Source: Squalus acanthias (lineage: Eukaryota). Taken from it: a stretch of DNA of 64,000 bases. The notes beneath the pieces were generated by a model. That model saw only the letters and a program-made list of their open reading frames with translations. It was not told the DNA's origin and made no database searches. The position numbers and the translations under genes were made by a program. How positions within the stretch are numbered: position 1 is the stretch's first letter; each line of letters begins with the position of its first letter. Positions 50,101 through 60,800 of this stretch are shown here, one piece after another. The DNA is taken from assembly GCA_030390025.1 (NCBI GenBank), contig JASTWF010000277.1, positions 186,001 through 250,000 of the forward strand. Direction: 5' to 3'.

Positions 50101-53032
50101 ACAGGCGGTCAAGAAGGCAAACGGTATGCTGGCCTTCATAGCAAAAGGGTTGGAATACAGGAACAGGGATACCTTGCTGCAGCTGTACAGGGCACTGGTG
50201 AGACCACACCTCGAGTACTGTGTACAGTTTTGGTCGCCTCATCTGAGGAAATATGTTCTTGCCATGGAGGGGGTGCAGCGGCGATTCACCAGGCTGATAC
50301 CAGGAATGGCGGGATTGACCTATGAGGAGAGACTATGTAGTTTAGGGATGTACACACTGGAGTTTAGAAGATTGAGAGGGGACCTCATAGAAGTGTATAA
50401 AATTCTGACAGGTCTAGACAGACTAGATGCAGAAGGAATGTTTCCCTTGGCGGGTGAGAACAGAACTAGAGGACATAATTTAAGGATAAGGGCTAAACCA
50501 TTTAGGACAGAAATGAGGGGGAATTTCTTCACTCAGAGGGTGGTGAACCTGTGGAACTCATTGCCACAGAGGGCAGTGTACGCCAGCTCATTAAATATAT
50601 TTAAGAGGGAATTAGATATATTTCTACAGGCAAAAGGGGTTAAGGGTTACGGAGAGAAGGCGGGGACGGGATACTGAATTGGAGGATCAGCCATGATCTC
50701 ATTAAATGGCGGAGCAGGCTCGAAGGGCCGGATGGCCTACTCCTGCTCCTATCTTCTATGTAATCTATGTAATCTAGTGGGGGATTTGTTGTACAGTGGG
50801 TTAACAATTGTTCTTTGCTCTCTCTCTGGTGTGGAAGTGGGGGTACAGTGGGTTAACAATTGCTCTTTCCCCTATCTCTGGTGGGGGTGTGTGGTACAGT
50901 GGGTTAACAATTGCCCTTTCCCCTATCTCTGGTGGGGAGTGGGAGTACAGTGTATTAACACTTGCTCGCTCCTCTCTTTCTGCTGGGGGTGTGGGGGATC
51001 AGTGGGTTAACAATTGCCCGTTCCTCTCTCTTGTGGGGGAGTGGGGGTACAATTGGTTAACAAATGTCCTTTCCCCTCTATCTTGTTGGGGAGTGGGGGT
51101 ACAGTGAGTTAACAATTGCCCTGCTCCCTCTCTCTGGTGGGGGAGTGTGGATACAATGGGTTAACAATAGCCCTTACTCATCTCTCTGGTGGGGAGTCGG
51201 GGTTCAGTCGGTTAACATTTGACCTTTCCTCTTTCTGTTGGGGAGTGGCGTACAGTGATTTAACAATTGCCCATTCCCCTCTCTGGTGGGGGTGTGGGGG
51301 TACATTGTGTTAACAATTGCCCTTCCCTCTCTCTCTGATGGCGGAGTGGGGGTACAGTGTTTTAACAATGGCCCTTTCCTCTCTCTCTGGTGGGGGAGTG
51401 GGAGGTACAGTTGGTTAACAAGTCCTTTCCCCTTTCTCTGGTGGGGGAGTGGGGGTACAGTGGGCTAACAATTACCCTTTCCCCTCTCTCTGGTGGGGGA
51501 GTGGTGTTACAGTGGGTTAACAATGGTCCTTTCCCCTCTCTCTGATGGCGTATTTGGGGTACAGTGGTTTAAGAGTTGCCGTTTCCCCTCTCTCTGGTGG
51601 GGGAGTGGGGGTACAGTGGATTAACAGTTGCCCTTTCCCCTCTCGCGGATGGGGGAGTGGGGGGTACAGTGGGTTAACAATTGCCCTTCCCCTCTCTCTG
51701 GTTGGAGAGTCGTGGTACAGTGGGTTAACAATTGCCCTTTCCACTCTCTCTGATGGGGGACTGGGGGTAAAGTGTGTTAACAATTGCCGTTTCCCCTCTC
51801 TCTGATGGGGGACTGGGGGTAAAGTGTGTTAATAATTGCCCTCCCCCTCTCTCTGGTGGGAGAGTGCGGTTACAGTGTGTTAACAATGGTCCTTTCCCCT
51901 CTCTCTGATGGGGGAGTGGGGGTACAGTGGGTTAACAATTGCCCTTTCCCCTCTCTCAGAAGGGGGGTGGTGGTACAGTGAGTGAACTATTGCTCTTTTC
52001 TCTCTCTCTGGTGGGGAGTGGAGGTACAGTGAGGTAACAATTGCCCTTTCCCCTCTCTCTGGTTTTGGAGAGGGGTACAGTGAGTTAACTATTGCTCTTT
52101 TCTCTCTCTCTGGTGGGGAGTGGTGGTACAGTGAGGTAACAATTGCCCTTTCCCTCTCTCTGGTTTTGGAGAGGGTACAGTGAGTTAACTATTGCTCTTT
52201 TCTCTCTCTCTGGTGGGGAGTGGTGGTACAGTGAGTTAACAATTGCCCTTTCCCCTCTCTCTGGGGGGGAGTGTGGGTACAGTGGGTTAACAATTGCCCT
52301 TTCCCTCTCTCATGGGGGGAGTGTGTGTACAGTGAGTTAACAATGGCCCTTTCCCCTCTCTCTGGTGGGGGAGTGGGGATACAGTGGTTAACAATTGCCC
52401 TTTCCCCTCTCTCGGGTGGGGGAGTGTGGGTACAGTGGGTTAACAATTGCCCTTTCCCTCTCTCTGATGGGGGAGTGTGGGTACAGTGTGTTAACAATGG
52501 CCTTTCCCCTCTCTCTGGTGGTGAGTGTGTTACAGTGGGTTAACAATTGCCCTTTCCCTCTCTCTGGTGCGGAGTGGGTGTACAGTGAGTGAACTATTGC
52601 CTTTCTCTCTCTCTGGTGGGGAGTGGGGGTACAGTGAATTAACAATTGCCCTTTCCCCTCTCTCTGGTTTTTGAGAGGGTTACAGTGAGTGAACTATTGC
52701 TCTTTTCTCTCTCTCTGGTGGGGAGTGGGGGTACAGTGAGTTAACAATTGCCCTTTCCCCTCTCTCTGGTTTTGGAGAGGGGTACAGTGAGTGAACTATT
52801 GCTCTTTTCTCTCTCTCTGGTGGGGAGTGGGGGTACAGTGAGTTAACAATTGCCCTTTCCCCTCTCTCTGGTTTTTGAGAGGGGTACAGTGAGTGAACTA
52901 TTGCTCTTTTCTCTCTCTCTGGTGGGGAGTGGGGGTACAGTGAGTTAACAATTGCCCTTTCCCCTCTCTCTGGTTTTGGAGAGGGGTAAAGTGAGTTAAC
53001 TATTGCTCTTTTCTCTCTCTCTGGTGGGGAGT
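41200..53032. repeat. About 52-bp G-rich satellite (GTACAGTGGGTTAACAATTGCCCTTTCCCCTCTCTCTGGTGGGGGAGTGGGG)n, interrupted by a CR1
   Basis: Roughly 180 units over 41200-48555 and 50773-53032. Confidence 0.97.
48556..50772 (+). mobile_element. Young 5'-truncated CR1 with an open RT frame of about 700 aa
   Basis: ORF 48533..50677 (start codon lies in the satellite); tail (CTATGTAAT)2; TSD TCTAGT at 48550-48555 and 50773-50778. Confidence 0.95.
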
Positions 53033-53496
53033 ACTTTTCGTGTTCGTGTGTGGCCCTCACTTCAGTTACCAGTGGCTGAGAAAGAAATGTGCTTTCCGCT
53101 GAAATTGATGAAGGAATTATTTTCTCCTCTGCACCCTGTTCAGTTTCCAGCCCGCAGCTGAGGAATATGCAATCCTTCTCTCTGAGTGCTTGGAGAGTTG
53201 AATTTACAGCACAGAAACAGGCCTTTCGGTCCAACAGCTCTGTGCCGAAGTTTTTCCGCCACAGGAGACACCTCCCACCTTACTTCAGCTTACCCCAATA
53301 ATATATCCTTCTATTCTTTTTTCCCTCATGAACTTATCTCGCTTCCCCTTAAATGCATGTTCTCGGGTCCCAGAATATTTCGTCAGTGGAATAACCAATC
53401 TGAATTATCAGAGTAGTCCATTATAGCACTTGGCCCTTACACAAACATTGGAAATAGACACAGTGTTTCACTTATTGCTACAATCTCACCGCTCAC

Positions 53497-53805
53497 CTGT
53501 TTCCTTCTGGATGGAATCTCTTATCGCACTCGGAATATCCTGATGGCTCACCACGCAGTAGAACTCATCCCCACTCAGCCAGGCTTGTGTCGAGATGTTG
53601 ATGTTGCTGATCACGCTGTTGGGATCCTCTCCGGGTTGAACGGCACTGTCTCATTTCAGAATCTCCTTTTCTCGAGTCCAGGTCACGGTGACTCCATCAG
53701 GAGCCTTGGACACGACGCAGGTTAAGGTCACCGTCGCCTCCAGTAAGACCTGTTCTAATGACGGTTGCCGAAGTGTAATCACTGGACCGTTGCTTGAGGA
53801 AGGAT
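53497..53805 (-). pseudogene. IGHM: IgM heavy-chain constant exon Cmu3 with premature stop
   Basis: 309-nt phase 1-1 exon, cacag acceptor and gtgag donor; [102 protein letters not shown] matches shark Cmu3; TGA at 53651-53653. Confidence 0.9.
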
Positions 53806-54499
53806 CTGTGAAACAGAAATGAAAGTCAAGCAATGCCTCATCTTCAGAATCCGGACACCAGTATTCAGCCATTACTGTCTCAAAGCTACTAAATCTCCTT
53901 TGAGATATCAACATCTCGCTGTAGCTTAAGCACCATCGTTAATAGAAGGACAATGAATTGGCAACGATTCCGGGAGACTCTTTAACATTTCCTGTTCTTT
54001 TGCACCCAGAACTTCCTGTAATGGGCTGTGAAGCAAATACCCGGCGTTAAACAATGAATAAATTCGGGCGCAATTGTTTTACGCACAGAATAGCGCTCTT
54101 CCCGAAATCTCTTGCTCCTTTACGCTCGTTTATAGATCCTGGTGCCCGAATACATCTCCGCTCATTATAATGGCCCCGCCCCCAGGTCAAGAGCTCTACA
54201 CGAAAATCACACTGGTTCAAAACGAGTGCCAACAAAATTCAGGATTTTAGGTGCAACAGGAAAAACGTGATTTTTTTGGTCTCTTGTTGCGATTTTTGGG
54301 GCGATGAAAATGTGCAAGAAATAGTCAGAGAAGAAGTGAAAGGTCGGGTGATTGGAATTCTGAAGGGGTCTTTTTCGTGGGGAATAATTTGTAATGCCGG
54401 TGTGAGGTAGTTTCTTAATTTCTGTCATAGTGAGCATTTCTCATGCCTGGTGAGAGATAGTCGGAATGAAATATGACCTCAGGGCAGCAATAGCAACAC

Positions 54500-55000
54500 A
54501 GGAACAGGAGGGGGCCATTAAACCCATCCAGCCTGTCCCGGCATTCAAGAGATCATGGCTGATCTGGAGCTCAAAACCATCTACCTGCATTGTTTCTGTA
54601 ACCCTTGATACTCTTGCCTAACAAAAATCTGCAATCTCAGTTTTGACATTTTCAATTGACGCCCATCTTCAACAGCTTTTTGAGAGTTCCAGATTCCCAC
54701 AGTCCTTTGCACAAAGAAGTGGTGCCTGACATCACCCCTGAACGGCCTAGCTCTGATTTTAAGGTTATTCCCGCTTGTTCTGGACTCCCCAGCAGAGGAA
54801 ATACTTTAACTCTATCTAACTACTGATTACAAAAATTATCTAATTAGTTCACCCCTTAATCTTCTATACTCAAAGCTATACAAGCCTATTCAGTGCAACC
54901 TGTCCTCATAATTTAAACTTTTAACCCCGTATCGTTCTGGGTAAATCTGCACTGAACCCGCTCCAAGAGCCTAGAATTGAACGCAGTTCTCTAAATAGGG
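54500..55000 (-). mobile_element. Decayed CR1 3' fragment in the Cmu2-Cmu3 intron
   Basis: GAGATCATGGCTGATCTG 3' UTR and ORF2 C-terminal remnants. Confidence 0.7.
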
Positions 55001-55191
55001 TAGATGTCCTTTCTAGCAGTGGGTACATGGACAGTTACCAGTAAAGGCCTCCAGACACCTACTGCCGCTCGGAAATGATCTGCCAACTCAGGGTAAACCT
55101 GAGCCCAAGGACACCTCACTCACTGTCTGACATCATAGCAGAGGGAAACCTTCTTTGGCGAGGTTAATACATCCTGAACCGTGAGGAATCC

Positions 55192-55612
55192 TAATTCAGA
55201 AGATGGTGGGTTCAAGTCCTCCTCCAGAAACTTGAACACAGAATGGAAGCTGACAGTCCCAATGCAGTACTGAAGGAGGGCGAGCCTGTCTTTCGGATGA
55301 GGTGTTAAACCGAGGAACCGTCTGCCCTCTCAATTGGATTAAGAGATCCCATGGCACCATTTCAAAGAAAAGCAGGGAGTTCTCCCGGTGCCGTGGCAAA
55401 TATTTACTCCTCAACAAATATCACTAAACAAAAAAAAATCTGGTCATTATCACATTGCTGTTTATGGGAGCTTGCTGTGCACAAATTGTCTGCCGCTTTT
55501 TGAACATTACAAAAGTGGCCACATTTCAAACGTATTTCATTGTCTGTCAAGCGGTTTGGGACAGTCTGAGGCCCCAAAAGGCGCTGTATAAAGCCAATTT
55601 TTTATTTTCTTT
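55192..55612 (+). mobile_element. DeuSINE (SacSINE1-like) SINE
   Basis: B-box GGGTTCAAGTCC, GTCTTTCGGATGAGGTGTTAAACCGAGG, GATCCCATGGCAC, tail AAAGGCGCTGTATAAAG...TTTTCTTT. Confidence 0.8.
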
Positions 55613-55910
55613 TACTTCGGAAGGACACACAAACTGCCTGATTGTCCATTAGAAACAGAGCTAACTCAGGATAAACCTGAGACCAAGGACACCTCACTCA
55701 CTGTCTGACATTACAGCTGAGGGAATCCTTCTTTACAGGCGAAGTTTTGGAATTCTGAACCGTGAGGAATCCCACTTACATGGGAAGAAAACACCAAACT
55801 GCTTGATTGTAAATTAGACAGTGTGCTGTGCTTTGGACTTATTCCAATAAAATCCTGACTCAGATCGGCACTCGACACGGTCTGGAACTTCCAGGGTTTG
55901 TGTCTCTTAC

Positions 55911-56219
55911 CCTGAGAGCTGACGATGTTTCAGCTTTGGGTGACCCCATCATGAGTGACCTGGCAGGTGTAGACCGAGCCGGTGAACCAATCCCCGGCGG
56001 GCACTGTCAGCAGACTGATCGCCGAGAAGATCCCGTTCACTTCAGAGACGGGAGAGGTGACGAAGCCCGAATGCATGAGTTGTCCATTCTTCAGCCAATT
56101 CACGGTCAGTGACTCTGGACGGAAATCCATGATTGAACACACGACGGTTGCATATTTGCTGCTGGTGATTTGGTCCCTGGCACTCCCCGTGAGGATAACA
56201 GTTGGATGGATGGAGTCAT
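55911..56219 (-). pseudogene. IGHM: IgM heavy-chain constant exon Cmu2 with premature stop and mutated acceptor
   Basis: 309-nt phase 1-1 exon; [10 protein letters not shown]...[34 protein letters not shown]...LTVPAGDWF...[19 protein letters not shown] is a C1-set Ig domain matching shark Cmu2; TGA at 55930-55932; donor gtaag intact; acceptor reads ccctaa. Confidence 0.9.
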
Positions 56220-56344
56220 TTAGGGAAGACATGTTATTGACATTCATTGCGAAATAAATGACTAAGAAATGCATAGTGTCCTTATATTTAAACAGGTCCT
56301 TTACTGACAAGCTCACACTAACCTGGCATTTCCAGAGACCAGAA

Positions 56345-57310
56345 CACTGCACAGTATTCTAAGTGTGAAATGGAGACAAGGATTCTGCACAGTATTCTAA
56401 GTATGATATGGAGACCAGGACTCTGCACAGTATTCTAAGTGTGATATGGAGACCACGACTCTGCACAGTATTCTAAGTGAGATATCGAGAGCAGGACTCT
56501 GCACAGTATTCTAAGTGTGATTTAGACACTAGGACTCTGCACAGTATTCTAAGTGTGATATGGAGACCAGGATTCTGCACAGTATTCTAAGTGTGATATG
56601 GAGACCAGGACACTGCACAGTATTTACAGTGTGATATGGAGACCAGGGCTCTGCACAGTATTCGAAGTGTGATATGGAGACTAGGACTCTGCACAGTATT
56701 CTAAGTGTGAGAAAGAGACCAGGACTCTGCACAGTATTCTAAGTGTGATATGGAGACAAGGATTCTGCACAGTATTCAAAGTGTGATATGGAGACCAGGG
56801 CTCTGAGCAGTATTCTAAGTGTGATATGGAGACCAGGACTCTGCACAGTATTCGAAGTGTGATATGGAGACCAGGACTCTGCACAGTATTCTAAGTGTGA
56901 TATGGAGACCAGGACTCTGCACAGTATTCGAAGTGTGATATGGAGACCAGGACTCTGCACAGTATTCGAAGTGTGATGTGGAGACCAGGATCATGTACAG
57001 TATTCTAAGTGTGATATGGAGACCAGAACTGTGCACAGTACTCTAAGTGTGATATGACGACCAGAATTGTGCACAGTAATCTAAGTTTGATATGGAGACC
57101 AGATTTGTGCTCAGTATTTTAAGTGTGATATGGAGACAATAACTTTGCACAGTAATCTAAGTGTGATATGGAGACCAGATTTGTGCACAGTACATTAAGT
57201 GTGATATGGAAACCAGATCTGTGCACAGTACACTAAGTGTGACATGGAGACCTGAACTGTGCAAAGTACACCAAGTGTGATATGGAGTCGAGGACTGTGC
57301 ACTGTACACT
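56345..57310. repeat. 38-bp minisatellite derived from CR1 ORF2
   Basis: About 25 units of GCACAGTATTCTAAGTGTGATATGGAGACCAGGACTCT; minus strand reads HLEYCAESWSPY. Confidence 0.92.
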
Positions 57311-57311
57311 A

Positions 57312-57800
57312 AAGCCCAGAAATTTGGGTCCCCACGGGTGAGTACACGCTGTGTACTCACCCGTAGGGGCACCGGAAGTGCCGGTTTCGCGCATGCACTG
57401 CGCATGCACGGGAAACCGGAACTTCCGGTCTTGTGAAGGAAGTTGTTCGCGGGTCAACCGCGTGGGCCGGGAGAGGCAGCGCGAACGTAGCGAACACTCG
57501 GCTTTTTTTTACAGGTTTCTCCCTGCGGGTAGGTCCCTGGCAGCTGCGCGGCAAAAAGCAGGCGCAAGGCCTGCTTTTAACAAGATAAGTGGTGAATTAA
57601 GTAAAATTAAAACATTTTTTCCACAGATTTATTATTTTTAAATACTTTAAAGAAAGCTAAGTTTATTTTTAGCCACGTTAAAAACTGTAATTATTTTTTT
57701 GAAATGTTCAAATTATTGTTTAAAATAGTGATTTTATGGAATTTATAGTTATTTTAAAAATATGATTTTTGTTGAAATGAACTTAATGAATTTGGGAAAT
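57312..57800. mobile_element. CpG-rich then AT-rich fragment of an unclassified interspersed repeat with an internal palindrome
   Basis: Sharp compositional block between two minisatellites; 18-bp inverted arms at 57371-57429. Confidence 0.45.
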
Positions 57801-60800
57801 GAGCTGTCTGTGTTTTTGTAATCAGCTTTCAATGTCGGTGAATGTTGCTGTCTGAGTCTGTGAATGGATTTGTCTGGGTCTGAAAATGGAGCTGCCTGGG
57901 TCTGTGAATGGAGCTGTCTGGGTCTGTGAATGGAGCTGTCTGGGTCTGTGAATGGAGCTGTCTGGGTCTGTGAATGGAGCTGTCTGGGTCTGTGAATGGA
58001 GCTGTCTGGGTCTGTGAATGGAGCTGTCTGGGTCTGTGAATTGAGCTGTCTGGATCTGTGAATGGAGCTGTCTGGGTCTGTGAATGGAGCTGTCTGGGTC
58101 TGTGAATTGAGCTGTCTGAGTCTGTGAATGGAGCTGTCTGGGTCTTTGAATGGAGCTGCCTGGGTCTGTGAAATGAGCTGTCTGGGTCTGTGAAATGAGC
58201 TGTCTGGGTCTGTGAATGGAGCTGTCAGAGTCTGTGAATGGAGCTGTCTGGGTCTGTGAAATGAGCTGTCTGGGTCTGTGAAATTATCTGTCTGGTTCTG
58301 TGAAATGAACATTCTGAGTCTGTGAATGGAACTGTCTGGGTCTGTGAATGGAGCTGTCTGGGTCTGTGAATGGAGATGACTGGGTCTGTGAATTTAGATG
58401 ACTGAGTCTCCGATTGGAGCTGTACAGGTCTGTGAAATTAATTGTCTGTGTCATGAATGGAGCTGTCTGGGTCTGTTAAATGAACTTTCTGAGTTTGTGA
58501 AATGAGCTGTCTGTGTTTTTGAAATCAGCTTTCCATGTCTGTGAATGTTGCTGTCTGTTTCTCTGAATGTGGCAGTCTGGGTCTGTGAATGGATCTGTCT
58601 GGATCTGTGAATGGAGCTGTCTGGATCTGTGAAATTAAGTTTCGGAGACTGTGAATGGAGCTGTCTGAGTCTGTGAATGCAGCTGTCTGGGTCTGTGAAA
58701 TTAGCTTTCTGAGACTGTGAATGGAGCTGTCTGTTTCTGTGAATGGAGCTGTCTGAGTCTGTGAATGGAGCTGTCTGAGTCTGCAAATGGAGCTGCCTCG
58801 GTCTGTGAATGGATCTGTCTGTGTCTGTGAATTGAGCTGTCTGGGTCTGTGAATGGAGCTGTCTGAGTCTGTAAATGGAGCTCTCTGGGTCTGTGAATGG
58901 AGCTGTCTGGGTCTGTGAATGGTGCTGTCTGGGTCTGTGAATTGAGCAGTCTGGGACTCTGAATGGAGCTGTCTGGGTCTGTGAATGGTGCTGTCTGGGT
59001 CTGTGAATAGAGCTGTCTGTGTCTATTAATAAGTTGTCTGGGTCTGTGAAATGTGCTGTCTGTGTCAGTGAAAGGAGCTGTCTGGGCCTGTGAATGGAAC
59101 TGCCTGTGTCTGTGAATGGAGCTGTCTGGGTCTGTGAAATGAGCTGTCTGAATCTGTGAAATGAGCTGTCTGAATCTGTGAATGGAGCTGTCTGGATCTG
59201 TGAAATGTGCTGTCTGGGTCTGTGAATGGAACTGTCTGAGTCTGTGAATGGAGTTGTCTGGGTCTGTGATTGAAGCTGACTGAGTCTGTGAAATGAGTTG
59301 TCTGATCTGTGAATGGTGATGTCTGGATCTGTGAATGGAGATGTCTCGGTCTGTGATTGGAGCTGTCTGGGTCTGTGACTGGAGCTGTCTGGGTCTGTGA
59401 ATGGAGCTGTCTGGGTTGGTGAATGGAGCTGTCTGGGTCTGTGACTGGAGCTGTCTGGCTCTGTGAATGGATCTGTCTGAGTCTGTCAATGGATCTGTCT
59501 GAGTATGTCAATGGATCTGTCTGGGTCTGTGAATGGAGCTGTCTGGATCTGTGAAATGATCTTTCGGCGTCTGTGAATGGAGCTGTCTTGGTCTGTGAAT
59601 GGAACTGTCTGCGTCTGTGGAAGGAGCTGTCTTGGTCAGTGAATGCGTCTGTGAATGGAGCTGTCTGGGTCTGTGAATGGAGCTATCAGAGTCTGTGAAT
59701 GGAGCTGTCTGGGTCTGTGAAATGAGCTATCTGGGTCTGTGAAATGATCTGTCTGGTTCTGTGAAATGAACATTCTGAGTCTGTTAATGGAGCTGCCTGG
59801 GTCTGTGAATTGAGCTGTCCGAGTCTGTGAATGGAGCTGTCTGGGTCTGTGAATGGAGCTGCATGGGTCTGTGAATGGAGCTGTCTGTGTCATGAATGGA
59901 GCTGTCTGGGTCTGTGAATGGAGCTGTCTGGGTCTGTGAATGAAGCTGTCTGGGTCTGTGAAAGAAGCTGTCTGGGTCTGTGAAAGGAGCTGTCTTGGTC
60001 TTTGAATGGAGCTGCCTGGGTTTGTGAATGGAGTTGTCTGGGTCTGTGAATGGAGCTGTCTGAGTCTGTAAATTGAGCTGTCTATGTCTGTAAATGCAGC
60101 TGTCTGGGTCTGTAAATGGAGCTGTCTGGGTTTGTGAATGGAGTTGTCTGGGTCTGTGAATGGAGCTGAGTCTGTGAATGGATCTGTCTTGGTCTGTGAA
60201 TGGAGCTGTCTGGATCTGTGAAATGAACTTTCGGAGTCTGTGAATTAAACTGTCTGGGTCTGTGAATGGAACTGTCTGTGTCTGTGAATGGTTTTATCTA
60301 GTTCTCTGAAATGAAATTTCTGAGTCTGTGAATGGAGCTGTCTGGGTCTGTGAATGGAGCTGTCTGGGTCTGTGAATGGAGATGACTGGGTCTGTGAATT
60401 TAGATGACTGAGTCTCCGATTGGAGCTGTACAGGTCTGTGAAATTAATTGTCTGTGTCATGAATGGAGCTGTCTGGGTCTGTTAAATGAACTTTCTGAGT
60501 TTGTGAAATGAGCTGTCTGTGTTTTTGAAATCAGCTTTCCATGTCTGTGAATGTTGCTGTCTGTTTCTCTGAATGTGGCAGTCTGGGTCTGTGAATGGAT
60601 CTGTCTGGATCTGTGAATGGAGCTGTCTGGATCTGTGAAATTAAGTTTCGGAGACTGTGAATGGAGCTGTCTGAGTCTGTGAATGCAGCTGTCTGGGTCT
60701 GTGAAATTAGCTTTCTGAGACTGTGAATGGAGCTGTCTGTTTCTGTGAATGGAGCTGTCTGAGTCAGTGAATGGAGCTGTCTGAGTCTGCAAATGGAGCT

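Noticed and set aside
41200-53032. TACAGTG in every satellite unit as an RSS heptamer; CCACCAGAGAG as a CTCF site
   Set aside because: Lacks the essential CAC and any nonamer; lacks the GGGCGC half of the CTCF core
56345-57310. CACAGTA heptamer-like repeats as an RSS array
   Set aside because: No nonamer at 12 or 23 bp; the sequence is explained by its CR1 origin
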